A DNA stretch of 25,302 nt from an uncultured virus (IMG/VR IMGVR_UViG_3300024999_000005) (taxonomy: Duplodnaviria; Heunggongvirae; Uroviricota; Caudoviricetes): IMG/VR virus record IMGVR_UViG_3300024999_000005. The stretch is one strand, 5' to 3'. Shown piece by piece: positions 17,484 through 24,805 of this stretch (position 1 is the stretch's first letter; every line of letters starts with the position of its first letter). A program made the position numbers and the translations under genes. The notes beneath the pieces are model-generated. The model had not been told where the DNA came from. It saw nothing but the letters and a program-made list of their open reading frames with translations, and did not search any database.

Positions 17484-17555
17484 TGGCGCCAATGGTGGGT
17501 ATCGAACCCACGAGTATGCTTATAGGCACTGTTTTACCGTCTAAACTACACTGGC
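17484..17555 (-). tRNA. tRNA-like gene with encoded CCA and aberrant anticodon arm (isotype undetermined)
   Basis: GCCAGTG-TA-GTTT-AGACGGTA-AAAC-A-GTGC-CTATAA-GCAT-ACTC-GTGGG-TTCGATA-CCCAC-CATTGGC-G-CCA. Acceptor, D and T arms are intact; the anticodon stem is 4 bp with a 6-nt loop. Confidence 0.8.
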
Positions 17556-17663
17556 GTAAAATATCAAGCACAAGACGAATATTTGCTTGCGCTTGATTGT
17601 AAGGTAGGTTGGAAGTGCAGTAGCGGTTACATAATGATCGCTCCCTTAGATTATTTTATGGGG

Positions 17664-17689
17664 AATAAGAAAAGAGCCCGGAGGCCCTC
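17664..17689 (-). terminator. Rho-independent terminator
   Basis: GAGGGCC-TCCG-GGCTCTT-TTCTTATT immediately after the 17692 stop. Confidence 0.7.
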
Positions 17690-17691
17690 AG

Positions 17692-17907
17692 TTATTTCCT
17701 TAATCTTATATATTTCGGGTCCCCCTGATGCGGATGGGGAGTACCGTCCGGTAATTTTGTTTTTAACCACTCAACAAATATAGTTTTTTCTTGTTCCATT
17801 TCCTTCAATGTTTCTAAAAACTCTTCCCTACTTACTCCATATCTTCGGTATCCTGGCACTATACCAGATTCTAAATCTTTAATAATCTTTTCTTTCAAGC
17901 TCATCAC
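17692..17907 (-). CDS. Hypothetical protein, possibly winged-helix-like
   Basis: 70-71 aa with GAGAGGGG RBS, own promoter and terminator; helix-helix-beta pattern (GVSREEFLETLKEMEQEKTI). Confidence 0.75.
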   Translation of the reverse strand: MMSLKEKIIKDLESGIVPGYRRYGVSREEFLETLKEMEQEKTIFVEWLKTKLPDGTPHPHQGDPKYIRLRK

Positions 17908-17924
17908 CCCCTCTCACCAACAAC

Positions 17925-17951
17925 ATTCGGCAAAAAGAGGTCATCTCCTTT
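17925..17951 (-). promoter_or_regulatory. SigH-type promoter with overlapping Spo0A box
   Basis: AAAGGAGAT-N11-GCCGAAT; TGCCGAA (TGNCGAA) at 17932-17926 overlaps the -10. Confidence 0.6.
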
Positions 17952-18048
17952 AATAAATTTCCGACAAATTCCAACAAAAATACATGAAGTAATTTTAATT
18001 TATTTAATGTTATTCGATTAATGCAGTCATTTTCCAATATTATTAGAT

Positions 18049-18075
18049 AAAGGAATTAGTCTGCTTTTAGAGAAT
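18049..18075 (+). promoter_or_regulatory. SigH-type promoter
   Basis: AAAGGAATT-N11-AGAGAAT matches the SigH consensus RNAGGAWWW-N11/12-RNNGAAT; 35 nt before ATG 18110. Confidence 0.7.
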
Positions 18076-18109
18076 ATAGTCAAAATAAAACAATGTAGGA
18101 GGCGATTCC

Positions 18110-18514
18110 ATGACGGATGATTTATCAAAAGCTAAAGAATTAAAACAGATTATGATTGATAATAATGATGAGTTCTTAGATTTTACTAGAGATGAACTTA
18201 AGGATCATTTTGAAATTAAAAAATTGGAGGATATCAGAGTTCCTAAAATTGTCGATGCTTGTACTTCGGCTGGTCTAATTATGTATCCTGTGCCAATTCA
18301 AGGTATTACTGTTACTAGGATTTATTTAGCTGGTTCAACTATCGGAAAGTTTTTATACTCAATTCTTAATCCTAGAGTTGATGTAAGCTGTGATAGTGCT
18401 TTTGATATCTGCATAAAACGCATTGAAGGTGCAAGCCCTGCCGAAGTTTATAAAAAAATACAAGGTTTGTTTGTGCAAGAAGGTTGGGCTAAACTTAAAA
18501 AAGTAAAAGATTAA
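18110..18514 (+). CDS. Hypothetical protein (AT-rich moron, antisense to the phage operons)
   Basis: 134 aa; strong AGGAGG RBS, own promoter and terminator; the only credible plus-strand CDS in the window. Confidence 0.85.
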   Translation: MTDDLSKAKELKQIMIDNNDEFLDFTRDELKDHFEIKKLEDIRVPKIVDACTSAGLIMYPVPIQGITVTRIYLAGSTIGKFLYSILNPRVDVSCDSAFDICIKRIEGASPAEVYKKIQGLFVQEGWAKLKKVKD

Positions 18515-18516
18515 TC

Positions 18517-18545
18517 TTAAAGCCGCCCTCACCAGGCGGCTTTAA
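18517..18545. terminator. Bidirectional terminator-like hairpin
   Basis: TTAAAGCCGCC-CTCACCA-GGCGGCTTTAA, a perfect 11-bp inverted repeat between convergent genes. Confidence 0.75.
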
Positions 18546-19003
18546 ATTGCCCCTCTACTAATATGTTGCGATCGTACGACAACCTGAATCTTTTTTTCTG
18601 CTCTTTGTACAAAATTTTGAACGCTACCCTTATTGCACCCCATCAGCATTCCGGCCTGCGAAAAAGAATAGCCACGCCCCCTGACCAAATCAAAGGCATG
18701 TTTTTCCCGTTCGGTCAGCGTCGACATTAAATTGTCCAGCATATCGAGCACGTTTTCAGGGGCAGACTCGGCAGAAATTGTATGAGTGATATATTTAGAC
18801 ATTTCAGCAGGATCAACGGATATTTCCCGCTTAGTTTTGGGCAGTCGCCCAACCTGCCAGTTGGTGCCTGGGATCCTGCCTGTCTGCATTATTTCGATAG
18901 AAAAATTAGCATCTGAGATCATGCTACTGGCCTGCACGGGAACCACTTTAGCATCTCGCAACTCCTTTATAGACTGCTTATATTCCTTAATCAGTTCCTG
19001 CAA
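18542..19003 (-). CDS. xpf: Xpf-like positive control factor (sigma-70 region-4 late activator)
   Basis: MQELIKEYK...MISDANFSIEIMQTGRIPG...LTEREKHAFDLVRGRGYSFSQAGMLMGCNKGSVQNFVQRAEKKI resembles PBSX Xpf along its length; last core gene before the packaging module. Confidence 0.8.
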   Translation of the reverse strand: MQELIKEYKQSIKELRDAKVVPVQASSMISDANFSIEIMQTGRIPGTNWQVGRLPKTKREISVDPAEMSKYITHTISAESAPENVLDMLDNLMSTLTEREKHAFDLVRGRGYSFSQAGMLMGCNKGSVQNFVQRAEKKIQVVVRSQHISRGAI

Positions 19004-19019
19004 TTTTATCCACCCCCTG

Positions 19020-19059
19020 AAAATGATAAAGAGGCCTAAGCTTTACGCTCAGACCTCTC
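19020..19059 (-). terminator. Terminator-like hairpin between the DUF2292-like gene and xpf
   Basis: GAGAGGTCTGAGC-GTAAA-GCTTAGGCCTCTT (13 bp, three G.U pairs) followed by TATCATTTT. Confidence 0.6.
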
Positions 19060-19231
19060 GTTTATTCGAGTCAGCCTTCCAAACTATTTTTATTTCTCCC
19101 CAGGTAATCTTGCCATCAGATACCTTTAGGACCACTTCACCATACCTCAACTGGTTTAATTCTGCTGATTGTTTACGGATTTCTGATATTATCTGTTCAG
19201 ACAAAGGTGTCTGCTTCAACCCTGCCACCAT
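19049..19231 (-). CDS. Small DUF2292/YezD-like (XtrA-position) protein
   Basis: 60 aa with LRYGEVVLKVSDGKIT; sits directly before xpf, as xtrA does in PBSX. Confidence 0.65.
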   Translation of the reverse strand: MVAGLKQTPLSEQIISEIRKQSAELNQLRYGEVVLKVSDGKITWGEIKIVWKADSNKREV

Positions 19232-19382
19232 CTCACCTTCCCCGTAAATTATGTATTAGCCAGGGGTTAACCTGGCTTGTGTTACTTATTATCTGTTCTC
19301 AAAGTTGTTCTGACTTAGATGATCGATATATAAGCAATCCCCGTCCTGCACTTCAATCTCTATTTCCTGCTCCGGTTCAAGA

Positions 19383-19571
19383 TTAACAGTAAGAAGGTTT
19401 TTTATCATTGCACTTATGTAAATGCAATGATTCGGTATTCCATGGTGCATATGGTGGCGTTCCGTCACACTCAATGCAGGGGTTCTCCAAACATTCAGTC
19501 TTTGGGCATGAATGGTTTTTTAAACATGACTGGCATTCACAATCCCCACAGGTCACAAATTCCTGCAACAT
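19383..19571 (-). CDS. Cys-rich hypothetical protein
   Basis: 62 aa; CGDCECQSC...C...C...CIEC; GGAGGT RBS. Confidence 0.7.
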   Translation of the reverse strand: MLQEFVTCGDCECQSCLKNHSCPKTECLENPCIECDGTPPYAPWNTESLHLHKCNDKKPSYC

Positions 19572-19574
19572 ATC

Positions 19575-19802
19575 TTACCTCCGATTCCTCACCTTGGACG
19601 CTTTAGCCATCTTTTTCTTATGCTTCTTCTTTCTGTCCGGCTTCGGCTTCTCAGCCTTTTCCCTAGGCATTATCTTGGTAGTAGCTTGCAACGGGTTAGA
19701 CTTTACTGCCCCCTTTTCCTTTGGCCTATTAAAATCCACCCCAACGGAACCATGAATACCTCTACTAAGTCCCGAAAATAAAACGTCTAAATAACTATTC
19801 AT
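19575..19802 (-). CDS. Hypothetical basic protein
   Basis: 75 aa with a Lys/Arg-rich tail; ATGA coupling. Confidence 0.7.
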   Translation of the reverse strand: MNSYLDVLFSGLSRGIHGSVGVDFNRPKEKGAVKSNPLQATTKIMPREKAEKPKPDRKKKHKKKMAKASKVRNRR

Positions 19803-20044
19803 TTAGTTCCCCTCTTCCGCTTTTTCTTCTTCCCTGGAACATAACCGACTACTTCCGGTACCAGCTTCATAGCTTCGACCATTTTAGCTTCTGCCTCCGC
19901 TCTGGCACGTATCCGCTTCGCATCTTTATTTATCGCCCATGCTCCCCAAATAGCAACTGCAAGCACGATAGCACAGCAACCGATATATTTTATATTGGCA
20001 ATAATAATTACGGCCAACACATCATAGTTAATTTTCGTCTTCAC
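19799..20044 (-). CDS. Hypothetical membrane protein
   Basis: Hydrophobic stretch VLAVIII...AIVLAVAIWGAWAI; GTG at 20044 preferred over the track start at 20101. Confidence 0.6.
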   Translation of the reverse strand: MKTKINYDVLAVIIIANIKYIGCCAIVLAVAIWGAWAINKDAKRIRARAEAEAKMVEAMKLVPEVVGYVPGKKKKRKRGTK

Positions 20045-20255
20045 TACCTCTTTCCTCATAATCAGGATACCAAACTTCATTGCCAAAACTATTTTCGACA
20101 TAGCACCGGCGTCCTGATTCAGTTAACTCCTTCGCCCATCCAATGGCCTGTTGTTCACTATTAGTCTGAAATGCCTCACTGCCGCCAACCGTGCAATCGT
20201 CAATGTCCTTCTCATCAATCCAGAGACCGATATATTTTACTGGTTCTTCGTACAT
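20028..20255 (-). CDS. Hypothetical acidic protein
   Basis: 75 aa; GAGGTG RBS; TAATG coupling. Confidence 0.7.
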   Translation of the reverse strand: MYEEPVKYIGLWIDEKDIDDCTVGGSEAFQTNSEQQAIGWAKELTESGRRCYVENSFGNEVWYPDYEERGSEDEN

Positions 20256-20431
20256 TATTTACATTTCACCTCACACGATTCCCAGCAGTGCCAGCAGGGG
20301 CAAGAAGCACCTTTGCAGTCTTTGCAGTCAAAGCGGCAGTTTTTATCAGTTTCTTCATGTCTCGGGCAGTAGTCGAAGCCTATACACTCTTCGCCCGTGC
20401 ATCCTTTGCACCATTCAGCTTGTTTAGTCAT
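20255..20431 (-). CDS. Cys-rich small protein, 58 aa with 12 Cys
   Basis: Not in the track. MTKQAEWCKGCTGEECIGFDYCPRHEETDKNCRFDCKDCKGASCPCWHCWESCEVKCK*; AGGTGA RBS; stop overlaps the next ATG. Confidence 0.8.
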   Translation of the reverse strand: MTKQAEWCKGCTGEECIGFDYCPRHEETDKNCRFDCKDCKGASCPCWHCWESCEVKCK

Positions 20432-20789
20432 TACTTATCACCTGCCTTTTTCTCTGCCCGCTCCAAAGATTTCTCCTTATCCTGCTTCGGTGGCTCCGGT
20501 ATTTCTTGCCACTGCAAACCATTACGCCTACGTAACTAAATTTATGTTGTCTCCACAGCGGTGGATTTTTAATTGCCAGTGTTTCCGGATCTACAGAGCA
20601 ATAACTTGACTCATTAAAAGCTTCCATCATTCTTGCTTCGCGTTCTGCCATTCGACGCAAAAGCTCTTCGTGCCAATTTACAATATCCTGCAATTCTCTA
20701 GGCATATCCTCAAACTTTATATCTGCGGGCAACCTACCTATGCCTGAAATAGAGATAACAGCGATCATTTTCTTTGGTTCGCACTGCAA
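20424..20789 (-). CDS. Hypothetical protein
   Basis: 121 aa; TTG start with AAGGGGG RBS; fills the operon gap. Confidence 0.6.
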   Translation of the reverse strand: MQCEPKKMIAVISISGIGRLPADIKFEDMPRELQDIVNWHEELLRRMAEREARMMEAFNESSYCSVDPETLAIKNPPLWRQHKFSYVGVMVCSGKKYRSHRSRIRRNLWSGQRKRQVISND

Positions 20790-20801
20790 ATTTAAACCCC
20801 C

Positions 20802-21587
20802 TTAATTGAGCTTTTTAAGTAACCTGTTAACTTCCCGGCTAATCAATTCAATACTATTTGCAAAACCTGGAGGCATATTATGACTCAGGGCCTCTTCTAG
20901 TTTTTCTTCTAATTCCCATCGGTAAAAACTAATTCCGTGTTTTTGCAAAATATTTTTAACGGCCTCAAGTTGTTTAAGTTTTTCTTCCTTGGATTTAATG
21001 TTTGATTCGAGGGATTTTACTTGCTGCCTCAAATCCTCATTTTCCCTAGCCATTTTACTTCCAACCAGACTTCCCAACGATCTGCCTTCGTTCTTATTTT
21101 GCACCCAAGCCTCTAGGTATTCTTTTTGGTCTGAAAAGAACGGGTGTCTGTCCGGATCCGTCCGGGAAATAACCAAGTAGTAGAACATATCCAGAGACAT
21201 TTCAATCATCCTGTGCAGCGCTTTTCGCTTGGTTGACAGACAATCTTTGTCTGGGTTGTAATAGATCAGGCCAACCTCTGGCGGCAGTTCTTCCGGCTTG
21301 ATCATGTCGGCAGGACAAACAAAGTTGAACTGATGGCAGTATTTCAGGTAGCCGTGCCACTTTTCGTCTCGCATAAAGTCCCCGCGTGAAACCTTTATCT
21401 CATAGCCGGTTATGCAAGGATTTTTCCAGCTTTTCTTGATGGCTACTGCATCCATTATGAGCAGGTTATTGCCTAGCATTGTTGGTCCGTTCTTGACATT
21501 AGCAAAGAATACATCAGGCAATTGCCTGTCAAGGTGCTTTTTCTGCAGCTGCCGCAATAACATATCTGACCTTATTTTTTCCGCCAC
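20802..21587 (-). CDS. MmcB-like PD-(D/E)XK nuclease-fold protein with C-terminal coiled coil
   Basis: IMDAVAI...GYEIKVSRGDF..DEKWHGYLKYCHQFNFVCP; GTG at 21587 preferred as start. Confidence 0.8.
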   Translation of the reverse strand: MAEKIRSDMLLRQLQKKHLDRQLPDVFFANVKNGPTMLGNNLLIMDAVAIKKSWKNPCITGYEIKVSRGDFMRDEKWHGYLKYCHQFNFVCPADMIKPEELPPEVGLIYYNPDKDCLSTKRKALHRMIEMSLDMFYYLVISRTDPDRHPFFSDQKEYLEAWVQNKNEGRSLGSLVGSKMARENEDLRQQVKSLESNIKSKEEKLKQLEAVKNILQKHGISFYRWELEEKLEEALSHNMPPGFANSIELISREVNRLLKKLN

Positions 21588-21591
21588 ATTA

Positions 21592-21996
21592 TCAGCCCTT
21601 ACAAACCGCAATAGCGGCAAATGCTCCTACATATTTAGTTCTAAAAAATTTAATTTCCTTAAGCAGTTTCATGTATGCTTCCAGATGCGTCCTGATAGTT
21701 TTATGAATTCTATTCTCTGGCTCAAGCACCTCAACGGCCTTCTCAAAATTCGGCAAATCAGATTCATCAAAGGTTGATTCATTGTTCATAAAAAGATGCA
21801 GTATAATCAAGTCCTCTGGTGTTCCGTTACTAAAAGCAGGTTCTAATTGCTCATTTATGTCCTTTACGGAAAACATATTATAGTCTGGATTATACTTTTT
21901 AACTATATCGTTAACGTAAAATCCACACGCCATGCCATGCGTTGAGCGACCTATTAAGTTACCTTCTTTGTTGAAAATATCAATACAATTACCCAC
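21592..21996 (-). CDS. Hypothetical protein
   Basis: 134 aa, in operon, AT-rich. Confidence 0.65.
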   Translation of the reverse strand: MGNCIDIFNKEGNLIGRSTHGMACGFYVNDIVKKYNPDYNMFSVKDINEQLEPAFSNGTPEDLIILHLFMNNESTFDESDLPNFEKAVEVLEPENRIHKTIRTHLEAYMKLLKEIKFFRTKYVGAFAAIAVCKG

Positions 21997-22001
21997 TTAT
22001 C

Positions 22002-22193
22002 CTAAACCCCCTTAGTCATATAATGTCTGACCTTCCGCAAAATCAAGTACTGCGGTATATGTGGCAATTCCAGCATCATAAAATTCATCCTTGTTGAGTT
22101 ATCCTTCATTTTAGCCAACTTTTCACGGTGAAGTTCGCAAAATTCGACGAATTCACCAGTTAGTTGACTTTCTTGGTCGGGGGTTAGCCGCAT
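22002..22193 (-). CDS. Hypothetical protein
   Basis: 63 aa; GGAGGG RBS. Confidence 0.7.
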   Translation of the reverse strand: MRLTPDQESQLTGEFVEFCELHREKLAKMKDNSTRMNFMMLELPHIPQYLILRKVRHYMTKGV

Positions 22194-22195
22194 AT

Positions 22196-22672
22196 TTAAC
22201 CCTCCACAGCATATATAAAAATCTCACTTCGCTGTCTTTCACGGTCTAATTCAAATCTTGGCGGCGCTAGCTCCAATACCTGGCTGTTGTCCTCAGCTAT
22301 AATTCCGCCGTATCTCAAAGCATCCAGAAGTAGTTTTGGTGTGTAGTTGTCGGTGTCTCTCCTTCTGTTTGTGCTGAAATAGTAAACTACTTCCACCCGT
22401 GCCATTTCAAGTTTAGGCAGTTTAAATGCTAATTTCAGTGAACCAATAGCCTCAGACAGTTCCTTGATTTTATCTTGGTATAACTTCCAATGCCACTTAC
22501 TCCAGACATTCAAACTCGGTAGCACTTCCGGTATCTGTATCCAAATCCCGTTTGGGAGTAGTTTAGCATCCCATTGGACCAAGGGAAGGGTGGCGGGCTT
22601 GGCGTCCCGCTTCCCTTTCTTTTCATCATACAGTCTGAGGTTCCGGAGGACTGCCGCGCTAAGCCTGGTCAT
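22196..22672 (-). CDS. rusA: RusA-like Holliday junction resolvase
   Basis: LPSLN, YFSTNRRRDTDNYTPKLLLDAL and GIIAEDNSQV motifs; start uncertain (22672 vs 22708). Confidence 0.85.
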   Translation of the reverse strand: MTRLSAAVLRNLRLYDEKKGKRDAKPATLPLVQWDAKLLPNGIWIQIPEVLPSLNVWSKWHWKLYQDKIKELSEAIGSLKLAFKLPKLEMARVEVVYYFSTNRRRDTDNYTPKLLLDALRYGGIIAEDNSQVLELAPPRFELDRERQRSEIFIYAVEG

Positions 22673-22931
22673 ACAGTGTTTGTGGCAGTTTGTCCGTAAC
22701 AACATCAAGGCATTTCGGACAAATATCGCCGTTCAGGCTTGAGGGAAGTGAGTTGATTTCGTCAAGAAGATTAAAGAATCCGGCAGCCTCCAAAAACAAT
22801 TCTGCGTCTTTCCTGAGAAAATCTTTAGATCCCTCGGAAACCCTTTCCCAAGGTCTATCTCCCTGGTTATACAGCCTCCAATATTCCTTGGTTACCTGCT
22901 CGATGATTTTCTTCTTTTTATCTGGCTTCAT
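22659..22931 (-). CDS. Hypothetical protein
   Basis: 90 aa; AAGGAGGT RBS; CPKC motif. Confidence 0.75.
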   Translation of the reverse strand: MKPDKKKKIIEQVTKEYWRLYNQGDRPWERVSEGSKDFLRKDAELFLEAAGFFNLLDEINSLPSSLNGDICPKCLDVVTDKLPQTLYDQA

Positions 22932-22948
22932 GGTCTACCTCCTTAACA

Positions 22949-23176
22949 CTAAGCCCGGTCATTGACTGCAGCTTTTTTCTCTTTCACCTTTGCCAAATAC
23001 TCCTTGCCTTCGACAATTGACAGATCCATATGGTGATGATTATTTAGAGTGTATCTGAGATCCCTTGTAGCGTATTGAATCAAAGCCCTGAACTGGTGAT
23101 ATGCCCTCTGCTCAGCCACATCCAAGTGTGCATCTCCTGTCCCGGCTCTTATAACTTTTTCAGCTATAGACAGCAT
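22949..23176 (-). CDS. Hypothetical protein; possibly the C-terminal part of the upstream gene beyond an in-frame TAG
   Basis: 75 aa; no RBS before its ATG; in frame with 23222..23698. Confidence 0.55.
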   Translation of the reverse strand: MLSIAEKVIRAGTGDAHLDVAEQRAYHQFRALIQYATRDLRYTLNNHHHMDLSIVEGKEYLAKVKEKKAAVNDRA

Positions 23177-23221
23177 TGTGCTTATAAATGGGTTAACCGA
23201 CTGGTCTGCCGACGTTTTACC

Positions 23222-23698
23222 CTAAGGTTCCGCTACCTGCCTAAATATTTCTTCTACCCTTGCAGTAAGATCGTCCTTAAAGTGCAGCCTGGCTTTGCGT
23301 TCTGCAACTAACTCCCCTTTAAGTTGAATCACGGTAGTACTTAAAGAGTCGATCAGTGCATAAAGCTCCTTTTCGGCTGATACCGGAAGGTTTTCTATTT
23401 TTTCAAATACCTGAGGTTGTTTGGTTTTTATCAGGTGGCCGATTGTGCCAAATGCTTCTTGCTCCGCTGCAGTTAATTCGCGTCTTTCAGACCTAACTGG
23501 TGTCGCTATAGGCTCTAAGTCCTGCACTAGCTCCGTCTTAATGGGTTGCACTCCGGGCTTTTCTATGCCAGCAGTCTTACACCAAACCTTTGCTGTTTTT
23601 GCAGTTACTCCCCACTGTTTGCCCAGTGCTACAAAAGTAGCTCCTGGTTTTACTGCCTCAAAAACAATGCTGTCCTCACTCGGTTTTGGTTTAGCCAT
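23222..23698 (-). CDS. Hypothetical protein with N-terminal HTH and coiled coil
   Basis: ATFVALGKQWGVTAKTAKVWCKTAGI resembles an HTH; AGGAGGTG RBS. Confidence 0.75.
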   Translation of the reverse strand: MAKPKPSEDSIVFEAVKPGATFVALGKQWGVTAKTAKVWCKTAGIEKPGVQPIKTELVQDLEPIATPVRSERRELTAAEQEAFGTIGHLIKTKQPQVFEKIENLPVSAEKELYALIDSLSTTVIQLKGELVAERKARLHFKDDLTARVEEIFRQVAEP

Positions 23699-23722
23699 AC
23701 TGCACCTCCTAAAAATTAAACG

Positions 23723-23992
23723 CTATTCATTTTTAGCTTCTTTCTCCTTGTCAAGCACCATTGACCAACAACAAAAGCAACAACTTTCCATAAAACCAGG
23801 GGTTTCACATACATTTTTAACGGCAGGACAGATTTTATTACTTACTAAATAGTCAATTATCCGATTACGCTCTACTAGTGCCGCGTCCTGCTGTACTTTT
23901 CCGATAATCTCAAATATTTTGTCGTGATCGTGTGTTGATCCTATAATGCCGGCAGCGACATTCAAAAAATATTCCTTGCTATTATTAGACAT
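23723..23992 (-). CDS. Hypothetical protein with Cys-rich C-terminus
   Basis: 89 aa; AGGAGG RBS; ICP..VC...CCFCCW. Confidence 0.75.
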   Translation of the reverse strand: MSNNSKEYFLNVAAGIIGSTHDHDKIFEIIGKVQQDAALVERNRIIDYLVSNKICPAVKNVCETPGFMESCCFCCWSMVLDKEKEAKNE

Positions 23993-24002
23993 CAGAAACC
24001 TC

Positions 24003-24713
24003 CTAGAAATTAAAAGCTATTTGCTTTCCTCTTAATTCCTCTCGATACAAAAATAAGTTATGGCGTTTCCTAATTTCGTCTTTCCGCTTAGCTAGTTCCG
24101 CGAGAGGCAAACCCTGTATCCATGTGTATTTCTGATTTTCAAATCCTGCAGCTTTCCAAAACATTTCCGGGTGACGCTCTAGCAGTTCTACCCACTCGAT
24201 CCTTTTCTGGAACGGGCAACAGTAGCAACCTGAGCGAGAACGCCACTGATAGAATTTTGGAAGTCCTATGCCTGCCAACTCCAATATTCTGACTATATCT
24301 GACCTTACTATTCCCTGCTCTTGGAAGGTGTATTTTGTTGTTATATTTTTAGGCCACTTCCACCCTCGGTTAGATTTTGTTTCGTCCGCAGTCAATCCAA
24401 CATGCATCAGAACTTCATCTTGTCCGAGGTATTGGGATAGTGGCTCTATCTTTGTTTTCCTTGTGCACCATCTGGCTTTTGCGCTTGGAAGATACCCACC
24501 CCACCTGATTAGTAAATCCTCAAAACTACTCTGAATAACGGTGATTCTCCCGATTACGCTCTCTAGCTTTGGCAGGTAGGCGTATGCTTCGGGTAACTCT
24601 GCCCCGTTATCGACAAAGACAAATTCAAACTTTCTGTTTGGGTATTTATTTCTTAAATAGACAGCTAAAGCACTGCTATCTTTACCCATACTCAGACTTA
24701 CAATTTCTCGCAC
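24003..24713 (-). CDS. PAPS reductase-family (PP-loop) protein
   Basis: SLSMGKDSSAL PP-loop, FVDNGAELPE, RWCTRKTKIEP and RSGCYCCPFQ. Confidence 0.9.
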   Translation of the reverse strand: MREIVSLSMGKDSSALAVYLRNKYPNRKFEFVFVDNGAELPEAYAYLPKLESVIGRITVIQSSFEDLLIRWGGYLPSAKARWCTRKTKIEPLSQYLGQDEVLMHVGLTADETKSNRGWKWPKNITTKYTFQEQGIVRSDIVRILELAGIGLPKFYQWRSRSGCYCCPFQKRIEWVELLERHPEMFWKAAGFENQKYTWIQGLPLAELAKRKDEIRKRHNLFLYREELRGKQIAFNF

Positions 24714-24805
24714 ACCCGCACCACTTTAGCCAATTTAATCAGCTATGTGGGATTGGGAACCGTATTGACATCCTACGGCAACTAACCGCTATAGATAACC
24801 CTAAC

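Noticed and set aside
24..17783. Numerous plus-strand ORFs in the track (e.g. 24..314, 1557..2024, 2025..2630, 10205..10648, 14223..14714, 16474..17058)
   Set aside because: Antisense shadows of well-supported minus-strand genes; no RBS or motifs.
19258..19277. Hairpin AGCCAGG-GGTTAA-CCTGGCT as a terminator
   Set aside because: Real inverted repeat, but no U-tract in the operon direction; function cannot be assigned.
19289..19474. 61-aa minus-strand ORF in the track
   Set aside because: Half overlaps the better-initiated 19383..19571 ORF and has no RBS; a shorter 39-aa form from 19408 cannot be excluded.
20438..20535. Alternate frame LQWQEIPEPPKQ resembling a DUF551-type C-terminus
   Set aside because: Short, closed by upstream stops and without an RBS; at most a mosaic remnant.
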